64,000 nucleotides of DNA from Thermodesulfobacteriota bacterium. GTDB lineage: Bacteria > Desulfobacterota_D > UBA1144 > Nemesobacterales > JAJCZQ01. Positions within the stretch are counted from its first letter, which is position 1. Every line of letters begins with the position of its first letter. The stretch lies in contig CBDBDR010000017.1 of assembly GCA_965203965.1 (NCBI GenBank), positions 608,001-672,000 of the forward strand. The letters run 5' to 3'. A model generated the notes under the pieces. The model was not told the origin of the DNA, ran no database searches, and saw nothing but the letters and a program-made list of their open reading frames with translations. Positions 1 through 14,280 of the stretch are shown here, in pieces. The position numbers and the translations under genes were made by a program.

Positions 1-808
1 TTATTGCCTTTTCGGTATCTTCCTCACTTGCGACGCCTTTGAGCACTAACTTGCCCTTCCACATATCACGAATACGCGATACGTTCTCCTCGTTTAGTCT
101 TCCGGAAAAAGTTTCATTCATGAACCGTCCCAAACCTCTTAGATCAAGTCCCTTGGGCATGTAAGGGATTAAAGTTTCAAATTTTGGTTGACCGTGTATA
201 AGAGTGTTAATTGCCCATGCGGGTTTACCGATCATCTGAGCAACGTTTTTGATCGTCATTCTAGGAGGCATAGCAAGACCGTTTTTTATATCTTTTGGTC
301 TGTATCCAAAAGTAGGAACATCACACAAAACCACAAGTACTTTACATCCTGAATCTTCTGCCCTTTTTATTATCTTATCCCTCATTTCACGTTCGGTTGG
401 GTTGTATAATTGAAACCAAAATCTACCCTCGGTGATCTCGCTTATTTTCTCTATGCTACTTGTGCTTACCGTGCTTAAAATAAACGGCGAGTTATGATCA
501 TAAGCCGCTCTTGCAAGTATGTTTGCAGAATCAGGCCAGATAAGTCCCTGAAGTCCAATAGGTGAGATACCAAAAGGGGCATCATAAGTATTGCCAAACA
601 ACTCGGTGCTCATATCCGAACCTTTATATTCATTCAGATATACAGGTTTAAGTTCAACTTTGCTTATATCGGAGTTGTTTTTCTGCAGATTTATTTCCTC
701 ATTGCATCCCCCATCTAGATATTCAAACGCAAACTTCGGCATCCTGACCCTTGCTCTTTCCCGTAAGTCTTCAACGGTAGGATAGTTTGTATTGTAATTC
801 AGCTTCAT
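1..808 (-). CDS. FMN-dependent alpha-hydroxy acid dehydrogenase (LldD/lactate oxidase family), runs off window start
   Basis: Manual translation from ATG at 808: MKLNYNTNYPTVEDLRERARVRMPKFAFEYLDGG...APFGISPIG...WFQLY...DVPTFGYRPKD...WKGKLVLKGV, typical family motifs; absent from the ORF track because the stop lies outside the window. Confidence 0.9.
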   Translation of the reverse strand, partial: MKLNYNTNYPTVEDLRERARVRMPKFAFEYLDGGCNEEINLQKNNSDISKVELKPVYLNEYKGSDMSTELFGNTYDAPFGISPIGLQGLIWPDSANILARAAYDHNSPFILSTVSTSSIEKISEITEGRFWFQLYNPTEREMRDKIIKRAEDSGCKVLVVLCDVPTFGYRPKDIKNGLAMPPRMTIKNVAQMIGKPAWAINTLIHGQPKFETLIPYMPKGLDLRGLGRFMNETFSGRLNEENVSRIRDMWKGKLVLKGVASEEDTEKAI

Positions 809-1000
809 GCCTTCAGTTTCAACTTGGTGAACGTTAGAACTGTTTGAACTGTGATCATGTTTCATCTCTTTATCCCCGATCAAGTGGTTTTTATACTAAC
901 TACCATTATCGCAATAAATCAAGATAATTATGAGAGGATTTAACCATAAAATTGAATAAATAACAGGATAAAGTAGTTTAATAATCTGGGAATAAATTTC

Positions 1001-2722
1001 ATGAAATTATCCAATTATTTTATACCAACATTAAAAGAAAACCCCGCCGATGCAGAAATAATCAGTCATAAACTTATGATACGTGCGGGCATGATACGAA
1101 AGCTGGCTGCTGGTATCTATGACTATCTACCTCTTGGGCTTAAATGTATAAAAAAAGTAGAGAACATAGTTAGAGAGGAGATGAACAGGGCTGGAGCCAT
1201 TGAACTTCTTATGCCTTCTGTATTGCCAGCAGAGCTCTGGAAAGAAAGTAAAAGATGGGATTTTTACGGAAAAGAATTGTTAAGGTTCAAGGATCGTGCC
1301 GAGAGGGATTTTTGTATAGGTCCCACCCATGAAGAAATAATCACCGACGTTGTCAGAAAAGATATACGCTCCTATAAACAGCTACCCATAAATCTATACC
1401 AGATCCAGACAAAGTTCAGAGATGAGATTAGACCACGTTTTGGGGTGATGCGCGCAAGGGAATTTATAATGAAAGATGCCTACAGTTTTGATGCCACCGA
1501 TGAAGCTGCCGACAGATCCTACGTGCTCATGTATGAGGCATACAATAATATCTTTGAAAGATGTGGGCTTGAATTCAGAGCAGTCCTTGCCGACACGGGC
1601 AACATAGGAGGGAGTTTCTCCCATGAATTTATGGTGCTTGCACCAACTGGTGAAGACGTGATTATGAGCTCAACGGGATCGGATTATGCAGCCAACCTTG
1701 AGCTTGCGGAAATTGGTATTACCGATGATGAAAAAGAAGGTGAGAGGCATAGAAATAACTTGGAAGTTTTAACTGAAATAAGCACGCCAGATATGAAAAC
1801 CGTTGAAGAAGTAGCCAAAAACCTTGACGTTACAAACGACAGGTTAATAAAAACGCTAATTGTTCATACTGATAAAGAACCTGTTGCCGCTCTGGTCAAA
1901 GGTGACGCGGAACTCAGTTTAGCAAAGTTAAAAAAGACGATCGGTGCGGAATTTATAGAACTCGCAAGCCCGGAAACTATAAGAGAGTTTACAGGTGGAC
2001 CGCTCGGATTTAGCGGTCCCGTTGGTATGAAGAGAAAAATAAGGATAATCGCAGACAAATCCCTGCGAAATGTTCGGAACATGGTTACCGGGGCAAATAA
2101 GGAAGATAAGCATATAAAAGGTGTCAATCCGGGAAGGGATTTTGAAGCGGATATTTATGCTGATATTCGCGTCGCAAAGGACGGTGATAAATGCCCGGTT
2201 TCAAAAAACGGCACGCTGAAATCAACAAGGGGCATTGAAGTGGGACACGTTTTTAAACTCGGAACCAAATACAGCGAAGCTATGAACGCAACCTTCTCGG
2301 ATGAAAATGGAAAAGAAAAACCTTTTATAATGGGTTGTTACGGAATAGGTATTGGTAGAACAGTGGCAGCCGCGATTGAGCAGGGTAACGATGAAGCGGG
2401 AATTAAGATCCCCCCTTCAATAGCACCTTTTGAAATCTGTATTGTTCCCACTAATCTGAAAAATAAAAAGGTGAAATCCGTATCTGAAAAAATTTATGAA
2501 AGCCTGAAAAAAAACGGTTTTGACGTGCTTATTGATGATCGTAATGAAAGTGCAGGAGTTAAGTTTAAAGACGCCGATCTTATAGGAGTTCCTCAACAAG
2601 TGATCGTTGGTCCCAGAACTCTTGAAAATGAAGAAGTAGAGTTGAAAAACAGAATGACCGGGGAGTCACAAAGAGTAAAGATTGATGAGGTTGTTGGGGA
2701 AGTTAATAAATTATTAAGTTAA
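1001..2722 (+). CDS. proS: Proline--tRNA ligase
   Basis: GPTHEE, FRDEIRPRFG, editing insertion, GIEVGHVFKLG, MGCYGIG motifs. Confidence 0.98.
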   Translation: MKLSNYFIPTLKENPADAEIISHKLMIRAGMIRKLAAGIYDYLPLGLKCIKKVENIVREEMNRAGAIELLMPSVLPAELWKESKRWDFYGKELLRFKDRAERDFCIGPTHEEIITDVVRKDIRSYKQLPINLYQIQTKFRDEIRPRFGVMRAREFIMKDAYSFDATDEAADRSYVLMYEAYNNIFERCGLEFRAVLADTGNIGGSFSHEFMVLAPTGEDVIMSSTGSDYAANLELAEIGITDDEKEGERHRNNLEVLTEISTPDMKTVEEVAKNLDVTNDRLIKTLIVHTDKEPVAALVKGDAELSLAKLKKTIGAEFIELASPETIREFTGGPLGFSGPVGMKRKIRIIADKSLRNVRNMVTGANKEDKHIKGVNPGRDFEADIYADIRVAKDGDKCPVSKNGTLKSTRGIEVGHVFKLGTKYSEAMNATFSDENGKEKPFIMGCYGIGIGRTVAAAIEQGNDEAGIKIPPSIAPFEICIVPTNLKNKKVKSVSEKIYESLKKNGFDVLIDDRNESAGVKFKDADLIGVPQQVIVGPRTLENEEVELKNRMTGESQRVKIDEVVGEVNKLLS

Positions 2723-2742
2723 GTTCCACTCGCGGAATAATA

Positions 2743-3436
2743 ATGCTAAAGAAGGAAACCATAAAAAAGAAGGAAACCATAAAAAATATTTTGAAAGAAT
2801 TGGCACAGAAAAGGCCTGTTTCCCATTCAGAAGCAGATTTTCAATCTGCACTCGCTGGGGAGATAAAAAAGCAACAAAAATGTTTCAACATTGATGTTCG
2901 CCTTGAGTTTCCGTACCCGCTGAGGGGAGATAAGCGGGAGTACGCTGACATCAAGATCCTGCAGCGAAGCACCAAAAAAAAACGACCTGAGTGTGGAAAC
3001 AACCGTTATTGAACTGAAATACAAGACACAAGGTATTAAACTGACAGTAGATAATGAAACATTTCCTAATGAAACATTTTCTCTAAAAAACCAATCAGCT
3101 CAACCCCAAGATCTTTATGACTTTTGGAAAGATGTTGAACGCATTGAAGGACAAAATTCAGGTGGTTATGTCATATTACTCACAAACGATAATCAGTACT
3201 GGGAAGAATCTGAAAATAGTAATGTGAAAGATAAAGACTTCCGCTTGCATGATAATCGTGATGTCAATAGCAATGAGTTAAAATGGCAAAATGATCCAGC
3301 AGAAGGAACTATCGAAGGACGAGAAGACCCAATAAACCTGCGCAACAATTATAAAATAGAATGGTGTGATTATTACTCAGACAAGCGAACGACTTTCCGT
3401 TACCTGTTACTTGAAGTTAAAGGCAAACAGAATTAG
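2743..3436 (+). pseudogene. Frameshifted hypothetical protein with PD-(D/E)XK nuclease-like motifs
   Basis: ORFs 2743-3012 and 2993-3436 join into one frame if one A is removed from the A9 run at 2974-2982; motifs HSEADFQ...YADI...IELKYK. Confidence 0.65.
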
Positions 3437-3495
3437 CATCCTTCCGCAGGAATGACGGAGAGATAGAAGTGGCTACGTTAAACACCATCAACTTC

Positions 3496-6078
3496 TCATC
3501 CTTTAATAAAAACTAACTTCCCCTCATTGTTCAAAAAAACATACACGGTATTCCCTTCCTCAAACTCCCCTTTCAACAACTTTGAAGCCAGAGGATCCTG
3601 AATATATTTTTGTATGGTTCTTTTAAGAGGTCTTGCACCATACACCGGATCATAACCAAGTTCTGCAATATATTCATTTACCTCATCTCTAAGCTCTATC
3701 CCGATGTTTTTCTCAGCCAGCCTTTTCCTCAGATGCCCAATTTGTATACTGACTATTTTTACCAACTGCTCTATGGACAGCGGCTTGAAAATTATTGTCT
3801 CATCAATACGGTTTATAAATTCAGGCTTAAATGAACTTCTTAAAACCTCGTTGACTTTTTTAACCATCTTATCTTCATCGGATAAAAATTCCTGAATGTA
3901 GTGACTTCCCAGATTAGAGGTCATTATTATCACCGTGTTCTTGAAATCTACGGTTCTACCCTGTCCATCCGTAAGTCTTCCGTCATCAAGGATCTGTAGC
4001 AATATATTGAAAACGTCATTGTGTGCTTTCTCAATCTCATCAAACAGTATCACGGAATAGGGACGTCTCCTCACGGCTTCGCTCAACTGACCACCCTCTT
4101 CATAACCAACGTATCCGGGAGGTGCACCCATTAACCTTGAAACCGAGTGCTTTTCCATATACTCACTCATATCAACCCTGATCATTGCATGCTCATCATC
4201 AAACATAAACTCTGCAAGTGCCCTTGCAAGTTCGGTTTTACCCACACCCGTCGGGCCAAGAAATACAAATGAACCTATTGGCTTATTTGGATCCGATAAG
4301 CCCGAACGCGATCTCCTCAGTGCATTTGATACCGCCTTAATGGCTTCGGTCTGTCCGATCACTCTCTGGCTGAGTTTGTCCTCCATGTGAACCAGTTTTT
4401 CAACCTCACCTTCTATAAGTTTGGAAACGGGAATGCCAGTCCATTTGGAAACAATTGAAGCAACGTCTTCGGCTTCAACTTCCTCTTTGAGCATCTTTTT
4501 CTCTTTTTGTAGTTCGGAAAGTTTAAGACTGTTATCCTCAATCTCTTTATTCATTTTAGGCAGTTCTCCATAAAGAAATTCCGACGCTTTTGACAGATCT
4601 CCTTCCCGCTGTGCTTTTTCGGCGTTGGTTTTTTGCCGTTCTATCTTTTCTTTGATGCTACGGATGTTTGTTATAAGCTCTTTTTCTCTATGCCAGTGTG
4701 ATTTGAGAGTTCCCGATTCTTCCTTCAAATTCGCTATATTCTCCTCAATGGATTTCAACTTTTCTTTTGCAGCTTTATCCTTCTCTTTTTTTAGCCCTTC
4801 TCTTTCAATTTCCAACTGCAAGATCTTTCGCTCAACTTCATCTATCTCGGTTGGCATTGAGTCAATTTCCATTTTCAGTTTGGCTGCTGCTTCGTCAATA
4901 AGATCAACCGCTTTATCAGGCAGAAATCTCCCGGAGATGTACCTGCTGGAAAGAACACCCGCTGAAATAATTGCTTCATCTTTTATTTTGACACCGTGAT
5001 GAACTTCGTATTTTTCTTTCAATCCACGCAGAATTGATATTGTGTCTTCCACTGAAGGTTCATTAACGAACACCTGTTGAAATCTCCTCTCAAGTGCAGC
5101 GTCTTTTTCAATATATTTTCTATACTCGTCAAGAGTGGTTGCACCAATACAGTGCAATTCTCCCCTTGCAAGAGCAGGTTTTAGCATATTTGAAGCATCA
5201 AGCGAGCCTTCGGCACCGCCGGCACCAACGACAGTGTGAATTTCATCAATAAAAAGAACTATCTCACCCTGCGACTCAGATACTTCCTTCAACACGGCTT
5301 TCAGCCTTTCTTCAAACTGACCTCTGTATTTTGCACCCGCAAGTAGTGAACCAATATCCAGTGCTATCAGCCTTTTATTTTTTAATCCATCGGGAACATC
5401 CCCTTTTACAATACGCTGGGCAAGCCCCTCAACAATGGCAGTTTTTCCCACACCTGGCTCCCCTATCAAGACAGGATTGTTCTTTGTTCTTCTCAAAATT
5501 ACCTGTATAACCCTTCTTATTTCATCATCTCTTCCTATAACGGGGTCAATTTTCCCCTGATCCACAAGTTCTGTAAAATCCTTGCCGTATTTTTTAAGAG
5601 ACTGGAAAGTATCTTCTGGTGATTGTGTGTCCACTTTTTGATCCCCCCTGATCTTTTTTAGCACTTCCATTATCGCAGTTTTGGTAATGCCTCTCTTTTT
5701 AAGCCCGTCTTTCAATCCCGCCGGTGCATTTTCTACAATACCAATAAGCAGATGTTCGGTGCTTATATACTCATCATTGAAGGCTTTGGCTTCTTTATCG
5801 GCAGTATTGAAACATTGATTAAGCTCCCTACTTGCATAAACCTGATCGGATCCAGATTCAACCTTAGGAAGTTTTTTAATTTCATCTGATGCCAACTGCC
5901 TGATTTCCTGTATCTTTGATCCAATCCGTTCAATGATCTCCGTGGGAATTCCTGATTCTTCCAATAAAGCAACCATTAGATGAGAAACATCAACTATCTG
6001 GTTCTTTCCGTCTATTGCTATGTTTTGTGCATTAGCAACCGCTTCCTGTGCTCTTATCGTCAGTTTGTCAAACTTCAT
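3496..6078 (-). CDS. clpB: ATP-dependent chaperone ClpB
   Basis: Two AAA+ modules ([16 protein letters not shown]), coiled-coil middle domain, 860 aa. Confidence 0.98.
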   Translation of the reverse strand: MKFDKLTIRAQEAVANAQNIAIDGKNQIVDVSHLMVALLEESGIPTEIIERIGSKIQEIRQLASDEIKKLPKVESGSDQVYASRELNQCFNTADKEAKAFNDEYISTEHLLIGIVENAPAGLKDGLKKRGITKTAIMEVLKKIRGDQKVDTQSPEDTFQSLKKYGKDFTELVDQGKIDPVIGRDDEIRRVIQVILRRTKNNPVLIGEPGVGKTAIVEGLAQRIVKGDVPDGLKNKRLIALDIGSLLAGAKYRGQFEERLKAVLKEVSESQGEIVLFIDEIHTVVGAGGAEGSLDASNMLKPALARGELHCIGATTLDEYRKYIEKDAALERRFQQVFVNEPSVEDTISILRGLKEKYEVHHGVKIKDEAIISAGVLSSRYISGRFLPDKAVDLIDEAAAKLKMEIDSMPTEIDEVERKILQLEIEREGLKKEKDKAAKEKLKSIEENIANLKEESGTLKSHWHREKELITNIRSIKEKIERQKTNAEKAQREGDLSKASEFLYGELPKMNKEIEDNSLKLSELQKEKKMLKEEVEAEDVASIVSKWTGIPVSKLIEGEVEKLVHMEDKLSQRVIGQTEAIKAVSNALRRSRSGLSDPNKPIGSFVFLGPTGVGKTELARALAEFMFDDEHAMIRVDMSEYMEKHSVSRLMGAPPGYVGYEEGGQLSEAVRRRPYSVILFDEIEKAHNDVFNILLQILDDGRLTDGQGRTVDFKNTVIIMTSNLGSHYIQEFLSDEDKMVKKVNEVLRSSFKPEFINRIDETIIFKPLSIEQLVKIVSIQIGHLRKRLAEKNIGIELRDEVNEYIAELGYDPVYGARPLKRTIQKYIQDPLASKLLKGEFEEGNTVYVFLNNEGKLVFIKG

Positions 6079-6192
6079 GGTCTTAAAATATTAATGAATT
6101 TTGAGGAAGCAAGAGTAAATAAGAAACATCTTCATTCACAAAATGTTAATTAAATACTTGACTTTGACATTGTTCAAACTACCATTATTGTC

Positions 6193-6348
6193 GCTTAGTT
6201 TCAAAACGAGAACCCGATCTGTCGGGTCTCCATGAATAAAAAACCCAACAGGGAAATAAATGGAACATCCAAAACTCGTTTTGATGACTAAGCAAGGCCC
6301 GACGCCCGTGCGTCAGGGTAAAAAATTTAAGGAGGTGCTTAGTCATCA
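6193..6348 (+). ncRNA. Putative C4-like antisense/leader RNA with alternative pairings
   Basis: 6282-6294 TGATGACTAAGCA is the exact reverse complement of 6336-6348 (between SD and ATG) and also pairs with 6193-6210; GTCGGGTCT (6221-6229) pairs with AGGCCCGAC (6295-6303). Confidence 0.5.
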
Positions 6349-6824
6349 TGAGATTTTTTGTTTATCAATTGCTCTTAGCTTTAGTTGTTATATCAGTAAG
6401 TAGTTGTGCAACCATAATAAACAGTAGAACCCAAAGTGTTAGCGTTAACAGTTCGCCCAGTAAAGCTACAGTTAACATAAACGGCGTGTACAAAGGCTTG
6501 ACCCCATTGGTTACAGAGTTAAAAAGAAAGAAGGAACACATTGTAAAAATAAATTTGCAAGGTTATGAACCTTATGAGCTTGCCCTAAATCAAACAGTTT
6601 CCGGTTGGTTAGCAGGAAATATTGTGTTTGGTGGCATAATTGGGTTGGTAGTAGACGCTATGACTGGAGGGATGTACAAATTGGAACCTAACCAGATAAC
6701 TGCAAATTTAACCAAAATGGTTTCTACTTCACAGATTGTTGACGGCAATATCTATATTTCAGTTGTATTGGAACCCAAAGAAGATTGGGTGAAGATAGGA
6801 CAATTAACACCAATCTCCCAATAA
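6348..6824 (+). CDS. PEGA-domain lipoprotein
   Basis: Lipobox VSSC followed by ATII, SSPSKATVNING-YKGLTP PEGA pattern, GGIIGLVVDAMTGGMY hairpin; GGAGG SD. Confidence 0.8.
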   Translation: MRFFVYQLLLALVVISVSSCATIINSRTQSVSVNSSPSKATVNINGVYKGLTPLVTELKRKKEHIVKINLQGYEPYELALNQTVSGWLAGNIVFGGIIGLVVDAMTGGMYKLEPNQITANLTKMVSTSQIVDGNIYISVVLEPKEDWVKIGQLTPISQ

Positions 6825-7253
6825 AGGCCTGACAAAGAAATATTTCTCTATGGGGGAAAAACTGAAAAATGACCGAGACGTTTTTTAAGTAATTACTTAA
6901 TTTTTCTTGGGGGAATACCTGCCCTCACTTTCAAGGGGTTCAAACGGGAAAAATAATCGCTTGTTAAACACCGTTTAATCCCCATTTAAACCGTCAATAA
7001 TTCCGCCAAAAGACCTCTCTAATCCGCGTTTCTCTGGGGTTTATACTGGAACTTATTTGCTCTTTGCGATTGACTATTTTTTTCTTAGCAATGTCAATAA
7101 GCCTCTCATGATCGTTATCCGTTACGTTACAATCGTAATCTTAGACGTGTTGCAGATGTATGGCGGGTCAAGAAAAAAGAATGTTAACGCACTCTTTGCT
7201 CAAATACTCTGCTCAATTCTTCGAAGTTTTTCATAGGATTAAGCAAATACCAC

Positions 7254-7730
7254 TTACTCTATATCAATAATTATAAACTCCCTTATTCCCCCGGGAGTTC
7301 TTGTTTGCGTGTTGTCATTTACTTCTTTACCGATCAAAGACCTTCCAAGTGGAGACGTAATTGAGATCTTTCCCTCATTTGGATCCGATTCATCTGCACC
7401 TACAAGTTGATACTTTTTTCTCTCACCCGTATCAACGTCCTCAATTGTTACTGTCAGACCGAATACAACCCTGTCCCTGCTTGTTATGCTCTTGGGATCA
7501 ATTACCTCCGCCATCACCAGTTTCGCTTCAAGCTCCCTTATCCTACCTTCAACAAAAGACTGCTTATCCTTTGCCGTTTCATACTCTGCATTTTCAGAAA
7601 GGTCTCCCAGCGATCTGGCATATTCAATTGCTTTGATGACTTCGTGTCTATCAACAGTTTTTAGTTTTTGCAGCTCACTCTGCAAGCTCTTATAACCTTC
7701 CGGTGTCATTGGCACTCTACTTACCGACAT
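7254..7730 (-). CDS. greA: Transcription elongation factor GreA
   Basis: GDLSENAEY and ISITSPLG motifs; GGAGG just upstream of ATG 7730. Confidence 0.96.
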   Translation of the reverse strand: MSVSRVPMTPEGYKSLQSELQKLKTVDRHEVIKAIEYARSLGDLSENAEYETAKDKQSFVEGRIRELEAKLVMAEVIDPKSITSRDRVVFGLTVTIEDVDTGERKKYQLVGADESDPNEGKISITSPLGRSLIGKEVNDNTQTRTPGGIREFIIIDIE

Positions 7731-10700
7731 TTTTTCCTCCATTAGTCGTTTTATAATCTTGTATTGCTTTTACATTAAGTCCTTTCTTAATTAAAACCTC
7801 TATGGCTCCCACACCTGCCTTTGCTCCCGGTATGGTCGTAAAGTAAGGCACGTTATACATAAGGGCAGTTCTCCTGATAGACAAGGATTGTGCCACTTCC
7901 TTTTCTCCAAAAGTCGTATTTACCACAAGTTGAATGCCACCGTTCTTCAAATGATCGGTAACGTCAGGCCTGCCCTCCATCACCTTGTTTATCCTTTTGT
8001 TCTCTATACCGTTATCTGCAAGAAAAGCTGAGGTTCCCTTCGTGCACATCAGCTTAAAACCCAACTCATGCAGTTTTTTTGATACGTTCAACACCACCCT
8101 ATTTTTATCCTCATCCTTAACGCTTATGAACGCTGAACCACTGCGGGGGAGAGTATTTCCAGCCGCAACCTGAGATTTCAAAAAAGCCCCGTTCAGATCA
8201 ACGTCAATTCCCATGACCTCTCCCGTAGACATCATTTCGGGACCCAGCATTGGATCAACTCCCGAAAACCTTACAAAAGGGAACACCGACTCCTTGACGG
8301 AATAATGAGTAGGAATGATCTCTTCAGTATATCCGAGTTCCTTCAATGATTTGCCGGTCATGACCTTTGTTCCGAGATTTGCAAGCGGAACACCTATTGC
8401 CTTACTAATGAACGGTATTGTCCTGCTTGCCCTTGGATTTGCTTCAATCAAGTAAATGGTGCTGTCTTTTATTGCAAATTGAACATTGACAAGCCCCTTG
8501 ACTCCGAGTGCAAGAGCAAGTTCTTTGGTTTGTCTCCTTATCTCTTCAAGGATATTATCCTTAATTGAGAACGGTGGTAATACCATTGCACTATCCCCCG
8601 AATGTATGCCTGCCTCCTCAATATGCTCCAATATTCCCCCTATAACAACGGTCTCACCATCTGAGATCGCATCCACGTCAACTTCCCTTGCATCTTTTAG
8701 AAATTCATCAATAAGAACTGGATGGTCTTGCGATACCTGAACTGCCTCTTTTATATATCTTCCGAGAGCATCCACGCCATACACAACTTCCATTGCCCTG
8801 CCTCCAAGCACGTAAGAAGGTCTCACTATGACGGGGTAGCCGATCCTTTTCGCTATCCTTACGGCTTCGTCTTTACTCCTTGCGATCCCATTCTTAGGCT
8901 GCTTCAGATTTAATTTATGAACTACTTCTCTGAATCTCTCACGATCCTCAGCAAGATCAATACTGTCAGGGGATGTGCCTATAATTTTTATTCCATTTTT
9001 TTCAAGAGGGATTGCAAGTTTCAGAGGAGTTTGCCCTCCAAGTTGCACTATCACACCATCGGGTTTTTCCCTATTCAGTATCTCAAGCGTATCTTCAAGT
9101 GTAAGCGGTTCAAAATATAGACGGTCGGACGTATCATAATCCGTGCTTACGGTCTCTGGATTGCAATTCACCATTATTGACTCATAACCCTCTTCCTTTA
9201 AGGCAAAAGACGCGTGAACACAGCAGTAATCAAACTCTATGCCCTGCCCTATGCGATTTGGGCCACATCCGAGTATGACAACGCTTTTTTTCTCAGTTGG
9301 TGTTGCTTCGCTCTCGGATTCATACGTGGAGTAAAGATAGGGAGTGTATGCCTCAAATTCAGCGGCGCAAGTATCTACCATTTTATAAGCCGGATCAATA
9401 CCAAAATACTTTCTTTTTTCTCTTATTTCATCTTCATTACAACCGAGACAATCAGCCAGATAAATATCCGAATACCCAATCTGCTTGGCTTCTTTCAAAA
9501 TATCCCCGTTCAAACCCTCTATTTTTATCCCCTTTATTTCTGACTCAAAATCAACGATCTGCTTTATATTGTATAAAAACCAGCGATCTACACCGCTCAA
9601 ACCGTATATCTCTTCAAGATCCACACCACGTCTGAAGGCATCAGCTATGAACCATAATCTCTCGGCATTGGGAACTCTCAACTTCTCCTTTATCTTATCA
9701 AGGTCTGAACATTTGGTTTCAAGCCCGTAAGAATCAATCTCAAGAGACCTTATGGCTTTCTGAAGTGATTCCTTGAATGTTCTTCCAATTGACATAACCT
9801 CTCCAACCGACTTCATCATGGTGGTTAGGGTTGGGTCGGCTTGAGGAAATTTTTCAAATGCAAATCTTGGTATCTTTACCACGACGTAGTCAATCGTTGG
9901 TTCAAACGAAGCTGGAGTGTATTTTGTAATATCATTTGATATTTCATCAAGCGTATAACCAACCGCGAGCTTTGCCGCTATCTTAGCGATCGGAAAACCG
10001 GTGGCTTTTGAGGCAAGTGCAGAACTCCGAGACACTCTCGGATTCATCTCAATTATGACCATATCACCGTTTTCAGGGTTAATGGCAAATTGAATGTTGG
10101 AACCCCCTGTGTCAACTCCTATTTCTCTTATTATTTTTATTGAAGCGTCTCTTAACTCTTGATATTCCTTGTCGCTAAGGGTCTGGGTGGGTGCAACGGT
10201 TATGCTGTCTCCGGTATGAACACCCATAGGGGAAAAATTTTCAATTGAGCATATAATCACAACGTTGTCTTTACAGTCCCGCATTACTTCATATTCAAAT
10301 TCCTTCCATCCTATTACGGACTGCTCAACCAGAATTTCTGATACTGGACTCATATCCAAACCCGATTTTGCCTGCTCTGCAAACTCTTCTTTGTTGTATG
10401 CAATGCTCCCTCCAGTACCTCCCAGAGTGAATGAGGGTCTTATTATGATCGGATAGCCCACTTCCTCTGATATTTTCCAAGCCTCATCCATATTGTGGGC
10501 AATACCACTTCTTGGAACTTTCAAACCTATCCTCAGCATCGCGTCCTTAAAAAGCTCTCTGTTCTCGGCTTTCTTTATAGCCTCTAACTTTGCACCGATA
10601 AGTTCAACGTTGTTTTTTGCCAGCACACCGGACTCTGCCAACTCAACGGCAAGGTTCAAAGCAGTCTGACCCCCAAGAGTAGGCAAAAGTGCATCGGGCT

Positions 10701-10944
10701 TTTCAGTTTCTATGATCTTTTCAACTACTTCCGACACAATAGGCTCAACGTAAGTTCTATCCGCAAGGCTCGGGTCGGTCATTATTGTGGCTGGATTGCT
10801 GTTTACAAGTATTACCTTGTAGCCCTCGTCTTTAAGAGCCTTGCACGCTTGAACTCCCGAGTAGTCAAATTCACATGCTTGACCTATCACAATTGGTCCG
10901 GAACCAATGATCAATATACTGTTTAAATCTTCTCTTTTTGGCAT
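7717..10944 (-). CDS. carB: Carbamoyl-phosphate synthase large subunit
   Basis: MPKREDL...[17 protein letters not shown], duplicated ATP-grasp, MGS domain. Confidence 0.98.
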   Translation of the reverse strand: MPKREDLNSILIIGSGPIVIGQACEFDYSGVQACKALKDEGYKVILVNSNPATIMTDPSLADRTYVEPIVSEVVEKIIETEKPDALLPTLGGQTALNLAVELAESGVLAKNNVELIGAKLEAIKKAENRELFKDAMLRIGLKVPRSGIAHNMDEAWKISEEVGYPIIIRPSFTLGGTGGSIAYNKEEFAEQAKSGLDMSPVSEILVEQSVIGWKEFEYEVMRDCKDNVVIICSIENFSPMGVHTGDSITVAPTQTLSDKEYQELRDASIKIIREIGVDTGGSNIQFAINPENGDMVIIEMNPRVSRSSALASKATGFPIAKIAAKLAVGYTLDEISNDITKYTPASFEPTIDYVVVKIPRFAFEKFPQADPTLTTMMKSVGEVMSIGRTFKESLQKAIRSLEIDSYGLETKCSDLDKIKEKLRVPNAERLWFIADAFRRGVDLEEIYGLSGVDRWFLYNIKQIVDFESEIKGIKIEGLNGDILKEAKQIGYSDIYLADCLGCNEDEIREKRKYFGIDPAYKMVDTCAAEFEAYTPYLYSTYESESEATPTEKKSVVILGCGPNRIGQGIEFDYCCVHASFALKEEGYESIMVNCNPETVSTDYDTSDRLYFEPLTLEDTLEILNREKPDGVIVQLGGQTPLKLAIPLEKNGIKIIGTSPDSIDLAEDRERFREVVHKLNLKQPKNGIARSKDEAVRIAKRIGYPVIVRPSYVLGGRAMEVVYGVDALGRYIKEAVQVSQDHPVLIDEFLKDAREVDVDAISDGETVVIGGILEHIEEAGIHSGDSAMVLPPFSIKDNILEEIRRQTKELALALGVKGLVNVQFAIKDSTIYLIEANPRASRTIPFISKAIGVPLANLGTKVMTGKSLKELGYTEEIIPTHYSVKESVFPFVRFSGVDPMLGPEMMSTGEVMGIDVDLNGAFLKSQVAAGNTLPRSGSAFISVKDEDKNRVVLNVSKKLHELGFKLMCTKGTSAFLADNGIENKRINKVMEGRPDVTDHLKNGGIQLVVNTTFGEKEVAQSLSIRRTALMYNVPYFTTIPGAKAGVGAIEVLIKKGLNVKAIQDYKTTNGGKNVGK

Positions 10945-11231
10945 ATCTGTAAATTATTTCAAGAGATGGAAAGGAAACGAGAAACTCCTAAATCATAAGA
11001 TTTATACCTCAAAACGGGTATTGTGGCAACTATATAATGCAGATACTATGGAGTAGCTTTGCAAGCACCTTTGCTTTTCAAAACAAAAATAAATCATTCC
11101 CCTTCCCCTTCTGGTTATGAATCCCTGCTTTCGTATGAATGATGATATATGGGTTGATGTGATGACAAGCCTCATAATAGCCGTTACGTATAACTTTATG
11201 AAACTTGCCATTAAGTTTATTATTCACCTTT

Positions 11232-13133
<1,902 letters not shown>

Positions 13134-13244
13134 TTATATCAGAAAGAACTATTATTAGGCATTATTTTCCTAAGTTATAATTTGAGCCAAAGTTATGTTA
13201 TTTTTACAAACCAAAATATCAGTTTGAAGTATTACAGCTATTTT

Positions 13245-14273
13245 ATGAAAACCAATATACTCGGCATAGAATCATCATGTGATGAAACAGCGGCGGCGGT
13301 TGTCCGCAATGGTAAAGAGCTTCTTTCAAACGTGGTTGCATCACAGATGTCAACTCATGCAAAATACGGTGGGGTTGTCCCGGAAGTAGCGTCCAGAATG
13401 CACGTTGAGTCTATCTTGCCGGTTATTGACAGCGGATTGGACGATGCCGGATTATGCCTTGCAGACGTTGACGGAATCGCAGTTACGCAGGGACCAGGAC
13501 TTATTGGCTCGCTGCTTGTGGGACTCGCCGCCGCAAAGACCATTGCCTTTGCACTTCAAAAACCCCTTATCGGAGTGAATCACCTTGAGGCTCATATATC
13601 CGCAATTCATTTGGAAAACAAAGTGGATTTCCCTTTTATCGCACTGATAGCTTCAGGAGGACATACAAACCTCTTCCACGTTAAGGGCTATACGGATTTT
13701 GAACCGATCAGTAGAACAAGAGATGATGCAGCAGGAGAGGCTTTTGACAAAGCCGCAAAGCTAATGGGGCTGAGCTACCCCGGTGGAGTGGTCATTGACA
13801 AACTTGCTTCGCTCGGCAATCCTGAAAAATACAAATTTCCAATCCCATTTGACACAACAGACTCTTTTGATTTCAGCTTCAGCGGGATTAAAACTTCCCT
13901 GTCAAATTTTTTAAGGAAAAACAGTATCAAAACGGACAAAGATATACGCGACGTGTGTGCTGGCTATCAGGAATCTATAGTAAAAAGTCTTGTTAACAAG
14001 TCATTCAATGCCGCACTGAAACATAAAATTGATAGAATAGTAATTTGTGGTGGGGTGGCATGCAATTCAAGATTAAGACGTCTTACTAGTGAATCAGGTG
14101 ATAATTTGGACATTGAAATACTTTACCCTTCTCCACAATTATGCACTGACAACGCCGCAATGATAGCATCAATAGGCTATTTCAGATTTATTGAAGATAA
14201 AATATCGGGTCTGCATATTTCACCCTATTCCACTTCCAGGCCTAAAATAGTTCGTGGACGGACAAATTTTTAG
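13245..14273 (+). CDS. tsaD: tRNA t6A biosynthesis protein TsaD
   Basis: ILGIESSCDET, HLEAH, SGGHT, CTDNAAMI; start reassigned to ATG 13245. Confidence 0.96.
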   Translation: MKTNILGIESSCDETAAAVVRNGKELLSNVVASQMSTHAKYGGVVPEVASRMHVESILPVIDSGLDDAGLCLADVDGIAVTQGPGLIGSLLVGLAAAKTIAFALQKPLIGVNHLEAHISAIHLENKVDFPFIALIASGGHTNLFHVKGYTDFEPISRTRDDAAGEAFDKAAKLMGLSYPGGVVIDKLASLGNPEKYKFPIPFDTTDSFDFSFSGIKTSLSNFLRKNSIKTDKDIRDVCAGYQESIVKSLVNKSFNAALKHKIDRIVICGGVACNSRLRRLTSESGDNLDIEILYPSPQLCTDNAAMIASIGYFRFIEDKISGLHISPYSTSRPKIVRGRTNF

Positions 14274-14280
14274 TCGTCTT

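Noticed and set aside
6825..7253. 430-bp ORF-free spacer between the PEGA gene and greA
   Set aside because: No convincing repeat, RNA motif or gene remnant recognised.
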